From Candidatus Magasanikiibacteriota bacterium (GTDB taxonomy: Bacteria; Patescibacteriota; Patescibacteriia; Magasanikbacterales; GWA2-37-8), in assembly GCA_041666265.1 (NCBI GenBank), contig JBAYHH010000002.1:9096-73095 (forward strand): a stretch of 64,000 nt of DNA. Direction: 5' to 3'. Within the stretch, counting starts at the first letter, position 1. Each line of letters opens with the position of its first letter. A model generated the notes under the pieces. It did no database searches and was not told the DNA's origin. It saw nothing but the letters and a program-made list of their open reading frames with translations. Made by a program: the position numbers and the translations under genes. Shown piece by piece: positions 1-10,651 of this stretch.

Positions 1-432
1 TTCGTATTGCTCGATGCCGAGGATGGTGCCAAAAGCGATGACTAATAAAATGATGACAAAAAACATGTTGGCCATGTCGCGCACCAGGACCCAACCGATC
101 TCGACCGCGGGCGAGCCGAGGTAGTCATTGTAGGACGCGACTTGGATGAGAAATTGGAGGAAAAACATGATCAGACGCAGAACCCAGCCGGTGAGCCAGA
201 TGGCCATTTGAGCGACACCTTGGGTGATCCAATTTTTGGCATCTTCGAGGGTAGTGTCTGAAGTCGGGGCGACACCGGTGGCGGTGCCGGCTGTATCCGC
301 CTGCGCCCACACATGCCCCACCCACCCGAGTGTCACCACGATCGCGAACGCGCCGACAAACACAAACAGCCGTCGATGCGCGCGGGCGAAGACGACGAGT
401 GTTTGGATAAATTGTCGGGTTTTATTTGGCAT
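1..432 (-). CDS. Partial CDS (N-terminal part; continues beyond window start). Secreted/membrane protein with signal peptide and two hydrophobic helices; possibly a VirB2/TrbC-like pilin-type protein
   Basis: The reverse complement from 432 reads MPNKTRQFIQTLVVFARAHRRLFVFVGAFAIVVTLGWVGHVWAQA|DTAGTATG...MAIWLTGWVLRLIMFFLQFLIQV...MANMFFVIILLVIAFGTILGIEQYE. The frame stays open to position 1. It is missing from the ORF track because no stop lies within the window. Confidence 0.5.
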   Translation of the reverse strand, partial: MPNKTRQFIQTLVVFARAHRRLFVFVGAFAIVVTLGWVGHVWAQADTAGTATGVAPTSDTTLEDAKNWITQGVAQMAIWLTGWVLRLIMFFLQFLIQVASYNDYLGSPAVEIGWVLVRDMANMFFVIILLVIAFGTILGIEQYE

Positions 433-440
433 AATTTGTT

Positions 441-600
441 AGATTCTTCGACTCCGTTTCACTGCGCTCAGAATGACACACGGCAATGACACACGGCATT
501 GTCATCCTGAGCGAGGCCGTAGCCGAGTCGAAGGATCTATTACTGTATATCCACAGATTCTTCGACTCCCCGCCTGCGGGCGGGTCGCTCAGAATGACAG
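441..600. repeat. Family-A GC-rich nested palindromic dispersed repeat (intergenic copy: about 1.5 units with arms GATTCTTCGACTC / GCTCAGAATGACA / TGTCATCCTGAGC / GAGTCGAAGGATC)
   Basis: The inverted-repeat arms are visible directly. The same core recurs at 11 or more other sites in the window. Confidence 0.8.
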
Positions 601-610
601 CGTGGTTGGG

Positions 611-3600
611 CTAATTCATCTCCGACGGCAACACGATGATGTGCCCATCATACGGAATGTAGGAATAATTGCCGGCATCGGGGAAATTCAAATTCAAACT
701 ATTTTGGTATTTACTGCAATATTGGGTGCCGTCGGATTCGCGCGCGATCGTATTGGGATTGTCCGGGAAATTATAGCAACCTCGTTGGATACCACGCGCG
801 TTTTTGGCATCGCCGGCCGCGGTCGAAGCGTAGCACCCGCCCGTGCACCAACCCCAATTATCCACGAGCTGGATGCGGGGGCGATAGGCGCAGACGATGT
901 CGCCGGTCTTGAGGAACGACCCGATGTGGGTTTCGGAAATTTCGATCTCGTCCGGCTTGAGCGGATTGGCGCCGACTTTCATGAGAGCATACGGCCCCTG
1001 CGGAAATTTCTTGTGTTGCGGGATATTATCCCAGGTGGTCGATGGCATGGGGCACTCGTAGATGTAACCGACTTCGGTGTAGCCCGCTTCGCAACCGGTA
1101 TCGTTGGAACTGCCAAAACCGCCAAAATATGTCTCGACATCGGACGGAACATTGGATAGGTAAGCATGGCACTGCCCGGTAGATTCGCCGATAGCGCAGT
1201 CTTTTGCGCTGGCACATGGCACTTCCGGATAGTTGGTGCAAAAATATTTTGTTGCATTACTGGCAAAACACCGCGGTTTGCGATTGGCGAGCGGACCGAT
1301 TGACGGCAAAGTAGCCTGATCCACATCTTTGAAAGTATCGGCAAAATCCACTTCCATCGAAGTGATCGGCATTTGGTTCGGATGCGCCCAAGAATAATAC
1401 CGAATCTTCACTTCAGCGCCGGCTTTGACCAAGATATCTCCGCGGATTTGATTATTCACGGAAAATCTGTCCAATGCGGATATTTTACAATTTCGTCCTT
1501 GATCTTCGCTGCAATCCTGGTAGATACCTTGCTCCTCATCGCCATAATGTGAACGATCCAAATCTGGCGCGGCGACGATCGGCGGAAAACGGGTGAAACG
1601 AGTCGCTCCCGGGGCAGCAGTATCAAAATATGAATTTGATTTTAATGGGTAATCAACTACTGTTTCTGAGATTCCCGGCCTTTCAGTATAATTAACTATA
1701 TGGCTATTTAATTCATAAATACCGTAAATTCGTCTGAACAATCTTTCCACCCACAAACAATAGATACTGTCTATGCTGGGCGAGCTGTTTACATTGAAAC
1801 CTGAACATTCGGTTTTAACAAAATTACTTGCTTCGTAGTCACGATTAATAAGCAAGGGGATACCGCTATCGCCAAATTCACTGAAACTACTGTCATAAGA
1901 TACTCCAAGACTAACCTGGTCACGAATTGTGCTACTATTAATATCAAACCAACCCAACGGTATTGTGTCGCCAACATCACCGCGATAATAATTGTTAAAA
2001 GTAAAATCGTATGGCCTGCCCGTTGAACGCAAATACCCGATCTCAAAAACATCCTTCATCAAGCCATATGGTTTATCGGGGACAAATACTGACCATGGAA
2101 TAATAAATTTCTTTTGAATTACGGTATCAGAAATAGATCGGTAATCATAAGGTTGACGCGCGCGCCAGGTACTTAGTAAAAAATTATTTTTACCTGCTTT
2201 CACTTGTGCGATACTGCGACAATATCCGAGAGTGATATCTTCAAAATAACCGACTACAACATATCCCAATTTCATTTCATTATCCAACGATCCGCAATAA
2301 CTTTCTCGAGCAGGTATGAACGGCGGGATATTACCTTGATCACAATCCGGTGGCACATCAAACCCTTTACATAAATCGACATTTACATACGATGTTTGAT
2401 TTGGAAATCCTGTCTCTATTGAACAAGTATACGACATCCGACGAAATCTTGATCCTGATTTTGTGATTCCAGCTCCCAAACCAGCATCCTCTTTATGATA
2501 AAATCCTCCATTAGCTATTTGAAACACAAGCGCTTTGTTATTTGTGCTCTCAATATTAGTTTCGCTAACTTTAATTTGAACAGATGAATAAGGTAAAACA
2601 TCGTATATCTGAAAAATACCGTTGTCAGCGCTACTTTCAGCATTTATATTTTCTTCGCAAAATGACCCACTGCTTTCTACGCCAGTCGTCATACAAGTTT
2701 TGTATTTTGACATCTGAGGCTGCGAAAAAGTTTGATGAAGTAAAATATATTTAATAGCATTTAGTCCTTCATGATCATCAATTATTGTCGAGCGATCAGG
2801 TTGAGTGGTTTCCCCGATATTCTTTTGTAGACGACTAATAACTTGATCGTTAGTTAAAATCGCATCTGTCCCTACTGCATTATATGTATTATCAACTCGT
2901 ATGGCTCGCCACTGATATACTGGAATTGGAGGCGACGAAGAACCGTCCAAAGTTTCTGTTAGCTGCTCAAATTTGCTCTTGATTTCCACATTTTGTCTTG
3001 TATTGGAAAGTGTGGAAACGGTATGATCTTTAATACCGGAATACAAGTTGTGATCACTGCTAATTTTGTCAAAATCAAACACCACTACTCCCGGAGCAAT
3101 CGGATAATTGCCGTGCTCCCACATGCCATTAATATTTTCGAGTGTCCAGACTGGGTCTGAATTAAGATTGATTGCTCTCGTCAAATATACTTCAGCTTTT
3201 ATTAAGCGATATTTTGTTTTGTCCCAAGTAAAATTATTCAGTACTTGTAGCTTGCCACTACCGGGATCAACCGTGCCCGATCCTAACACTGTATTAAACT
3301 TACTTTCCGTGCGACGAAATATAACATTTGTGCTTTGAGGTTCAGAATTGTGAATACATGCTAATTGCGCATCTGGGACTATCGACGACGACTGTGGAAA
3401 TACCACTCCAATATTTTCATCCAAACCCTGTCCTATGCAATCATTTTTCCAAATATTTCCATCGACAATATCGACCAACGCAGTATAGAATGGATCACCA
3501 AGCTGTAGATTTGTAATGGTATTTATACTGCTTTCGATACATTTAAAACGAGAATTATCGCCATCAAAAGTATCGCCAATATTACTATTATTGTACCATG

Positions 3601-6600
3601 TTCCACTCTCGTTTGCCGTAGCTCGATTATTCACCCCGGCCGGGCTATTCACCGGCAACCAACTAAGACACGCGTAATCGGGCGCATTGCTCATGGCCGT
3701 GCCATTGAGCGGACGGCGCAAATCATGCTCCAGACAATAACCTTTCCAGCCTGGGATTTCTTGGGTGGATTGGCGCGGGAGGCAGGTGCCGGCGAGGGTG
3801 GGGTTCTCATACACTTCAACTGTTTGCTGTATACCCAAACCACTATTTGTACACCTAAATATCAATGAAGAGTCACCGATTTGCATTTTTTCAGAAACAC
3901 CATCTGATATAGATACTGATCCTTCACAATCATGATAATAGACTTTATCGGTGCGATCACCTGCTACAAGGCAAGAATACACGCAAGTCGGCGGTGAACT
4001 ATAATTCTTCAATGACACTGAATCACCATCTTTTGCATACAAATTTCTTGGAAATGCAAGGTACTTCAAGCCAGTAGTCGCTATTCCGAAACTTGACGAG
4101 CTAAATCGATAATATGTCTTACCAACATTTGACGCATCATTTGCTGCACAATTCCACGGCTCCCCGGTCACGCTCCAATACCCTTTGGGCGCGCCACTAC
4201 TATCGAGCTCATTGGTCGGCACCTGTGGCCAATAAACAATTTTTTGATTGGACGGACTACTCCCCTCGGCGCCATATCCGAGCTTGTAATATCCACAATC
4301 ACAATCCTTCCCGCCGTTGGACTTGTCCTCACACAGTTTGACATTATCGAAACCCGGCCAAGAGCCGTCGCTCGATGACAGAGAATTTTTAAATACCGAC
4401 AACGGGAACGGCGAATTTGCCTCGGGATAACCGCGACAAGTGAATGAGCTCGTCACCACCTCGACATCGGACGGCGAAAAATGCGGCTGGTCACTGCGAT
4501 CAGTAAACATCGAAAAACCGGTGTAGTCGGGCCCGCCCCAGGTGATATCGCGATCGAGATAATTGACCATGCCGGCGCGCACGCTGAGGGCGCGATCGAC
4601 GATCACCTTGTCTTTGTCGGCGCGGGTCTCGGTGACATCGTGGGCGCATTTATTATCTCCCGAGCTGGGGAGAAATTTATCGCACACGCCGAGCATGTAG
4701 CACTCTTGTTCTTGTTTATTGGTAATCGGATTAAACCGGTAATTCGCCAGCCGGCAATAATCCCACTCGGCGCAAGCGCGGTCGGGCAAAGCTTGGACGA
4801 TAATATTGGCATCGAGCGTGCCACTGGCGATTGGCGCCACTTTTTCGCCGTTCTGGCGATTGCTGTCGCGATAAGTCAATCCGGTGTTCCAATATTTATT
4901 GACGATATCGGTCTGGTCGAGAAGCACGCACCCGAGATTGAGACTGGCCATGCCATTGCAGGCGCCGAGGCTGGGTTTGATTTTTTCGTTCATTAGTAAA
5001 TAATAACTCTGGCAGGGTTTGCCCGGCTGACAATCGTTTTTGTCGGTAAATTCGGTACAACTGTTTTGGCTAAGCGGACACTCGCCCACGAAACCGTTGT
5101 ATTTATTGTTGGTGCCATACGACCACAGATCATATTTCTGATAATCCACCAGATAATCCGGATAGCAGGCCTGCTTGTCGGTGTCGATGCATTTGGTCCC
5201 CTCGGCGCCTGAACAATCTGAGTCGACTTTACAATACGCGGGCGACTGCTCGCTGCTTTGGTCGCACCTACCCACGCCTTTCCAAAACCAGCCATAAGTG
5301 ATGCCATAGGGCGCTTTTTCGACGCGTGTTTGCCAACTGCAGATTTTTTGACCGATGACTTTGGGATCTTTAAAATACAAATCACCTTTGGACGAGCCAT
5401 ATTTATTACAACCGACTGCCTCGTTGGTGCACAAGGTGCCCGCGGAATTATTTGATCCAAAATAACCGTCCGGCAAATTTTTGACGCGCGTAGCGGTGAA
5501 TTTCGGACCGGATGGGGTGTCTGTTTGTTTGCCCGCGTCCATACAACCGACATTAGCGGCGGTGCAGGCGGATTTCTTGTCGGCTACGAGATAGATCGGG
5601 GTGGTCGAAGGGGTGTCGGCCGGAATGTGGATGGTGGAGGAAGTAATTTGGGCGGTAGTCGCGACAATATCCGCATAACTCTGATGTGAGATATTGGTAT
5701 AACACCCATAAGCGCCGGTTTCCGCGATACACGAATATTCAGTTCCACCAACCGTCACCGTTAATTTTCCGGCATCTCTTGGCCCGGGCAACCACACATT
5801 ATAATACCCTTCGCCGGTATCGCTCTGGGTATTTTGGGTGTCGATCACCGCGGTACAACCGACCGCATCCTCGCGACACAAATAACTGAAATTAGTGAGA
5901 TAAAATGGATTGTTATTTGGCGTCTGATAACGCGCGCAACCAAGGGCCTCGCCCGGCAAATTGTCGAGAGGATTGCTATCGCAAAGAGTGTTTACTGATA
6001 GAGATTTTTTGACGAGATAAATATAGTCTACCACTTCCATCAGTTTAATATTGTCAATATAGATTCGACCGGAATTATTGAGAGTAAATTTTAATTGCGC
6101 GGTCGAAGTGGCGCCGGCGAGCTCCACCGGCCCGAGATGATAATGTCTCCAAGAATCGCCGATCTCCACATCGCCGAGCGCTGTATTGGCATTATTAGCC
6201 AAGCTAATAGAAACTTTTTGCGTGCCACCGTTCGCACCCGTGCCTTTGGCCCAAAATGTCAAATCATAGCCTTTTTCCGGATTGAGTTTGAGATTTTTGG
6301 CGACAACGGCACTGCCGGCCGAAGCATAAAATGACAGCGAGTGTTCGCCGGTCTTGGTTGATTCACTGACGAGAGAAATACTGCCATTATTCGTGACCCA
6401 GCCCGCGAGCGCCTCGGTCGTAGAAGTATTTTCAAATTGATCGTAAAAAATATTACGGACATTATTGCCGGCATTGCCTTTGTAAGCGCGACAGGTCTCA
6501 ACCGCGGCCGAGCACACTCGGCTCACGCCCGCGGTGTTATTTTCACCGGCCGGCAAGCCATTGTAGTAGCAAAATCCGTCTTTGTACTCGCCATTATTGA

Positions 6601-9600
6601 AACAGAGCTCGCAATGATCGGTATTCCAATAGCCTTTTTTGGCGCTACATTCGGTTGCGTCCAAGCCGTCGGTTTCGGATTTCGCCGGCAACGCCTGCAA
6701 TTCGGCGGTATTTAATCTATAAGGCGTGCAGGTCTGCGACACCGGCACGGTCTGCGAAAGAATGCGATAATAGGTATGACCCTTATCGTCGGTAAATTGT
6801 CGACAATCCGGACTAACCGCATCGTCCCAGTCAACACTTTTTGACCCCTGGGCATACACCGTGGCATTGCAAACCAGTTTGAAATAATCCAAATCAGCCT
6901 GCGTGCGATAAAAATACGCCGGGCCGTCTTTGATCGCGTCCGCGTCCGCTTCGCCGGATTTATCTATTTTCAAAACATAACTTTTTAATTGAACACCCTC
7001 GGCTTGCGTGCTCTCGTAAGTGAAAAATTTCCCGCTTGTCGCCTGATCGGGCGTGATGCATGGGCGCAGATAGGCGTAGTAGTCGATTTTTTCCATTTGC
7101 CCCACGAGAGCGCTCATATTGGTAAAGGCGCTACAGCCCTCCTCGACAGCCGAACAGGTATTGCCGGACTTGGGGATAATATAGGCTAAATTTTGGCCAC
7201 GACTATAATTGCTCGGCATCTCGCGATAAGACGCGTAGCCCACGCATTTGGCGTCGCATTGGTCGTTCCAATTGAGCACCAGGCCATTGGCAATTTCCGC
7301 CGGATTAAATTTGCCCGGGATCTGCTCCCCGCTCGCCGAGGCCGTATACATATTACAATTTTCCTCGGCTGCGATACAGGGCTGGGCGTATTTGGCGCAC
7401 TCGGTTTTTTTCCAGGGCAATAAATTGGTGTTGATGCCATTGAGATCAGAAAGTGAATCGGGCCAGACGGTCGCGACCGATTCGGGACGGGCATTGTAGC
7501 ACCCGAGATAGTCCGGCGCCCGACGCAAATAAAGCGAGGCATCGTCGAGCGTGGCGGTATAGGCCGTGCAACCCGAGGAATTGCCGGTACAATCGGTCGA
7601 AACTTTGCCGTTGAAATGAATCGCGGTATTTTGAAAATTATTTGATGGTGTCGGCGCGCTCGCGGTGAGCCAATTACCGGCATCGTCTTTGGTCAAACTA
7701 TAAATGGCGCAACCGGCATTGTCGGCGTTGCATTTACCGGTGTCGAGCGTGCGATAAAGATAGCCGACTTGTTTGCCCGAGACATCTTTGAAACTGACAC
7801 AAGACGCGTATTGCTCCTCGCAATTGTCGGCGTTAAATTTCCAGACATTTTTTTCTTTGAGACAATAACCATAGCTCTGACAGCTCTTGCCGTCGAGACT
7901 GTAGCCCACGCACCCCTGCAAATCGGCGCATTCTTTGGAGCGATTGCCCGAGCCCGGCACCTCGATATCCGACCCGAAAACAAGCGCGTTACAGCGGTGG
8001 GGCGGGACTTTGATCACCCAATTCGGATTGATGAGGTGGCAAAACGGTTTCTTGGCATCATGGACAACATGGCCCTGCGCGTCATAGGTGCAATCATAAA
8101 ACCCGTTGACCACATCTTCGAGGGTCCAGGGGGCGTCCGGGTTGCTGTTGCGGGCGGCAATTTCAAACCCGAGCGGTAAGATGCGCGCCTGACGCATTTT
8201 TTTGACATTGCTATAACAATAGTATTTTTGATAGCACTGCGGGCTGGTGTCCTCGCTATTGGTGGGCGGGATCAGTTTGAATTTTTTGTGCAAAAGATCG
8301 CGTTGCATCGCCTGGGTGATGGTGAGATAGCGACCGGTGCTGTTGGGCTCGTTGAGCGCGGAGGCGAGGGCGTAATCGATGATACAATTATCCGGCGTGG
8401 GATTGGCCGGGCAAGCACCAAAAAGATTGACTAAATTCCATTCATCGATCGAATTGATTGGGGATTTGAGCAGATCGATAAACATCGCTTCGGCGACTTG
8501 GCGGCCGGATGCCGTGGTAGCGTCGGGATCTTTAGGATCCGGACCACCATCGTCATCCTCTGGTTTTGGTTCCCAGCTACCGTCATCATTGCCGATTTCA
8601 TCCAATCCCAATTCCGGCATCTCCGGCCAATCAAATTCTTGTTTTTTACAGACATCGGACACGCAAAATCCAAAAAGCATGCCGTTGTACATGAAGTTAT
8701 TAAGAACCTGAGAAAAAAAAGTATTAAAGAATACTGCCGGCGTGTAAATTAGCAAATCCTTCATCCCCGAAGCCATCGACGAATTGATCACCTGCGTGTT
8801 GGTCTTGGCTTTTTCCGAAGCCGATTGATTTTGAAATTCTTTTTGCATCACTTGCGCCGGAGTCTTGACATTGCCCGAGATAATATCCGACATGCCGATA
8901 GCACCCTGGCCTTCATCGCGCTGTTTCTCGGCTCCATAGGTATTCTCTTTGACGGTGCGATCGACTTTGGCGCTGGCATCGAGATAAATGCCAAGGTCGC
9001 TTTGATCGGGTTTGATGGAAAAATTAAAATTCTGCGCCATGTTTTTCCAATAGCGACTGCTCCCTACTTGTTTCCAGTTGCTCAAAAATTGGGTAAAAGT
9101 ACATTTTGGTTTTTCCGGAAAATATTTACCTTTGAGGCCGAGCCGCAAAGCCAAATCCAAAAACAAGGTCGGCGGGGCGCACAAATCGACGCCCAATATT
9201 TCACCAAGACCCTGTAAAAAAAAACCGGCCGCGTCGTTGCCCACACTCGCCATATAATCGCCGAAATTGTTGTAATGTGAAAACGGCGTCTCGCCCTTGC
9301 CACCGGCGGCGAGATAAACCGCGCTATCATAGGCGACACGCGTGATAAACGACTGAATCGCCTGCGTGATGCCCATATAGGCGGCCAAAAGCATCACTTC
9401 ATACCATTTCATCTCCACTTCTTTGGCGAAATATTTGGCGCGCAGGGCTTGGAGGACTTCGTTGATTAAGGGTAAATTTTGAAAATTATCAATAGTGGGG
9501 CCTGGTGAGACAACTGTCGTTGGTGCCCCGGGCACCTGCGCTCTCACCGACGCCGGCACGGCCAAACTCCCAAAAACCGACACCGACAAAAATACCGTTA

Positions 9601-9646
9601 CCGCGAAACAATAGACGATTTTTTTGAGTGTGTTGGGCATAAACAA
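611..9646 (-). CDS. Giant (3011 aa) secreted cysteine-rich surface protein with at least one carbohydrate-binding-module-like / jelly-roll domain
   Basis: Single uninterrupted ORF with an N-terminal signal/TM (MFMPNTLKKIVYCFAVTVFLSVSVFGSLAVPASVRAQ). It has very many Cys, NG and DG motifs. A CBM4/9-like segment is present (...LKFTLNNSGRIYIDNIKLMEV). It starts 1 nt after the upstream co-oriented gene. Confidence 0.85.
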   Translation of the reverse strand: MFMPNTLKKIVYCFAVTVFLSVSVFGSLAVPASVRAQVPGAPTTVVSPGPTIDNFQNLPLINEVLQALRAKYFAKEVEMKWYEVMLLAAYMGITQAIQSFITRVAYDSAVYLAAGGKGETPFSHYNNFGDYMASVGNDAAGFFLQGLGEILGVDLCAPPTLFLDLALRLGLKGKYFPEKPKCTFTQFLSNWKQVGSSRYWKNMAQNFNFSIKPDQSDLGIYLDASAKVDRTVKENTYGAEKQRDEGQGAIGMSDIISGNVKTPAQVMQKEFQNQSASEKAKTNTQVINSSMASGMKDLLIYTPAVFFNTFFSQVLNNFMYNGMLFGFCVSDVCKKQEFDWPEMPELGLDEIGNDDGSWEPKPEDDDGGPDPKDPDATTASGRQVAEAMFIDLLKSPINSIDEWNLVNLFGACPANPTPDNCIIDYALASALNEPNSTGRYLTITQAMQRDLLHKKFKLIPPTNSEDTSPQCYQKYYCYSNVKKMRQARILPLGFEIAARNSNPDAPWTLEDVVNGFYDCTYDAQGHVVHDAKKPFCHLINPNWVIKVPPHRCNALVFGSDIEVPGSGNRSKECADLQGCVGYSLDGKSCQSYGYCLKEKNVWKFNADNCEEQYASCVSFKDVSGKQVGYLYRTLDTGKCNADNAGCAIYSLTKDDAGNWLTASAPTPSNNFQNTAIHFNGKVSTDCTGNSSGCTAYTATLDDASLYLRRAPDYLGCYNARPESVATVWPDSLSDLNGINTNLLPWKKTECAKYAQPCIAAEENCNMYTASASGEQIPGKFNPAEIANGLVLNWNDQCDAKCVGYASYREMPSNYSRGQNLAYIIPKSGNTCSAVEEGCSAFTNMSALVGQMEKIDYYAYLRPCITPDQATSGKFFTYESTQAEGVQLKSYVLKIDKSGEADADAIKDGPAYFYRTQADLDYFKLVCNATVYAQGSKSVDWDDAVSPDCRQFTDDKGHTYYRILSQTVPVSQTCTPYRLNTAELQALPAKSETDGLDATECSAKKGYWNTDHCELCFNNGEYKDGFCYYNGLPAGENNTAGVSRVCSAAVETCRAYKGNAGNNVRNIFYDQFENTSTTEALAGWVTNNGSISLVSESTKTGEHSLSFYASAGSAVVAKNLKLNPEKGYDLTFWAKGTGANGGTQKVSISLANNANTALGDVEIGDSWRHYHLGPVELAGATSTAQLKFTLNNSGRIYIDNIKLMEVVDYIYLVKKSLSVNTLCDSNPLDNLPGEALGCARYQTPNNNPFYLTNFSYLCREDAVGCTAVIDTQNTQSDTGEGYYNVWLPGPRDAGKLTVTVGGTEYSCIAETGAYGCYTNISHQSYADIVATTAQITSSTIHIPADTPSTTPIYLVADKKSACTAANVGCMDAGKQTDTPSGPKFTATRVKNLPDGYFGSNNSAGTLCTNEAVGCNKYGSSKGDLYFKDPKVIGQKICSWQTRVEKAPYGITYGWFWKGVGRCDQSSEQSPAYCKVDSDCSGAEGTKCIDTDKQACYPDYLVDYQKYDLWSYGTNNKYNGFVGECPLSQNSCTEFTDKNDCQPGKPCQSYYLLMNEKIKPSLGACNGMASLNLGCVLLDQTDIVNKYWNTGLTYRDSNRQNGEKVAPIASGTLDANIIVQALPDRACAEWDYCRLANYRFNPITNKQEQECYMLGVCDKFLPSSGDNKCAHDVTETRADKDKVIVDRALSVRAGMVNYLDRDITWGGPDYTGFSMFTDRSDQPHFSPSDVEVVTSSFTCRGYPEANSPFPLSVFKNSLSSSDGSWPGFDNVKLCEDKSNGGKDCDCGYYKLGYGAEGSSPSNQKIVYWPQVPTNELDSSGAPKGYWSVTGEPWNCAANDASNVGKTYYRFSSSSFGIATTGLKYLAFPRNLYAKDGDSVSLKNYSSPPTCVYSCLVAGDRTDKVYYHDCEGSVSISDGVSEKMQIGDSSLIFRCTNSGLGIQQTVEVYENPTLAGTCLPRQSTQEIPGWKGYCLEHDLRRPLNGTAMSNAPDYACLSWLPVNSPAGVNNRATANESGTWYNNSNIGDTFDGDNSRFKCIESSINTITNLQLGDPFYTALVDIVDGNIWKNDCIGQGLDENIGVVFPQSSSIVPDAQLACIHNSEPQSTNVIFRRTESKFNTVLGSGTVDPGSGKLQVLNNFTWDKTKYRLIKAEVYLTRAINLNSDPVWTLENINGMWEHGNYPIAPGVVVFDFDKISSDHNLYSGIKDHTVSTLSNTRQNVEIKSKFEQLTETLDGSSSPPIPVYQWRAIRVDNTYNAVGTDAILTNDQVISRLQKNIGETTQPDRSTIIDDHEGLNAIKYILLHQTFSQPQMSKYKTCMTTGVESSGSFCEENINAESSADNGIFQIYDVLPYSSVQIKVSETNIESTNNKALVFQIANGGFYHKEDAGLGAGITKSGSRFRRMSYTCSIETGFPNQTSYVNVDLCKGFDVPPDCDQGNIPPFIPARESYCGSLDNEMKLGYVVVGYFEDITLGYCRSIAQVKAGKNNFLLSTWRARQPYDYRSISDTVIQKKFIIPWSVFVPDKPYGLMKDVFEIGYLRSTGRPYDFTFNNYYRGDVGDTIPLGWFDINSSTIRDQVSLGVSYDSSFSEFGDSGIPLLINRDYEASNFVKTECSGFNVNSSPSIDSIYCLWVERLFRRIYGIYELNSHIVNYTERPGISETVVDYPLKSNSYFDTAAPGATRFTRFPPIVAAPDLDRSHYGDEEQGIYQDCSEDQGRNCKISALDRFSVNNQIRGDILVKAGAEVKIRYYSWAHPNQMPITSMEVDFADTFKDVDQATLPSIGPLANRKPRCFASNATKYFCTNYPEVPCASAKDCAIGESTGQCHAYLSNVPSDVETYFGGFGSSNDTGCEAGYTEVGYIYECPMPSTTWDNIPQHKKFPQGPYALMKVGANPLKPDEIEISETHIGSFLKTGDIVCAYRPRIQLVDNWGWCTGGCYASTAAGDAKNARGIQRGCYNFPDNPNTIARESDGTQYCSKYQNSLNLNFPDAGNYSYIPYDGHIIVLPSEMN

Positions 9647-9647
9647 A

Positions 9648-10607
9648 TTATTGAGCGGCGGTGGACTGGGCCAGCGCGTTTAATATTTCTTGCACTGTAG
9701 TCATGATTTGCGCGTCGGTCATCTGGTCCACGCTCGCTTTATCCATCCCCTGTTTGATCAATAAAACGCGCGCGGTAGTAGGATCGGATAATTGCTTGAG
9801 TAGGTCAGCCGGCAACGATACATTTCCGACCGTGGTATTGGGCGCGGTAGCGGGCGGTGTCGTCACTGTCGGCGCGATCGCTGCCGACACAGAGCTCGAT
9901 GTCATTTTGCCGCTAAGCGCGAGCGCGGTGAGCGAACCCAAAATCGATGGACTGGACGAACTATAGGCGGCAAAATCCCGATTGCTCTCTTCGATTGCTT
10001 TGGCCACCATCGCTTTGATATCCGCGTCACTTAGACTATTCAAATCATCGGCGCTCGTCCCCTGTCTTTGCAATAAATTACGCACCGCGGTCGGATCGTC
10101 TTTGAGTTGATTGAGGAAATTCATCTGAGCATTGCGCGCGTCGGCAGTGAAATCATGATCAGACGCGAATCCACCGGATAATTGCGCGTAAGAAAATGTC
10201 CCGCTCGCGCTGGCTGTGGCATAAGCGCTCGCTACCTGCGTCGAGCAATACTTGCCGTGCGGACAAAGCGGATTTTCATTTTGGACAATCTCTTGTTTGT
10301 CGGCGATGCCGTCGCTGTCGGTGTCGGCGAGATACGGACTCGTGCCATAGACATACAATTCCTCGAAATCACTAAGGCCGTCATTGTCGGTGTCGCGATA
10401 CGCGAGCGTCTCCACACCATTGACTTCATTGCTCACCTCGGCGGGCACGCCGCTCCCAAGCTGAAACGGGCTATACATGGTATTGCGCAGTTGGAGCACC
10501 CCGAGGCCCAGCGCGGATACGGCAAAAACCAGCAATAAAACAAAACCCACTTTCTGTTCATGCGAAAGTTTTCGGATAGATTGTTGGGGCGATGCCTGAT
10601 CGTCCAT
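9648..10607 (-). CDS. Membrane-anchored protein with thrombospondin-type-3-like Ca-binding repeats (DTDNDGLSDFEE, DTDSDGIADKQE) and an internally repeated C-terminal region
   Basis: The ORF track extends to 10685, but that extension overlaps a terminator hairpin of rsmA. A start at MDDQASPQQ (10607) is followed by a TM helix. The gene is probably translationally coupled to the giant gene. Confidence 0.65.
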   Translation of the reverse strand: MDDQASPQQSIRKLSHEQKVGFVLLLVFAVSALGLGVLQLRNTMYSPFQLGSGVPAEVSNEVNGVETLAYRDTDNDGLSDFEELYVYGTSPYLADTDSDGIADKQEIVQNENPLCPHGKYCSTQVASAYATASASGTFSYAQLSGGFASDHDFTADARNAQMNFLNQLKDDPTAVRNLLQRQGTSADDLNSLSDADIKAMVAKAIEESNRDFAAYSSSSPSILGSLTALALSGKMTSSSVSAAIAPTVTTPPATAPNTTVGNVSLPADLLKQLSDPTTARVLLIKQGMDKASVDQMTDAQIMTTVQEILNALAQSTAAQ

Positions 10608-10651
10608 AATCCAAATAGTTACGAAATTATTATACCATAATTTTTTACAAA

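Noticed and set aside
125-442. Two short ORFs (125-325 minus, 224-442 plus)
   Set aside because: Both overlap, in other frames, the much more convincing signal-peptide and TM protein that reads open from 432 to the window start.
473-1159. 228-aa plus-strand ORF
   Set aside because: It lies entirely antisense to the 3011-aa giant gene and partly over repeat DNA, with no supporting features. The many other short ORFs antisense to 611-9646 and 38946-44885 are discarded for the same reason.
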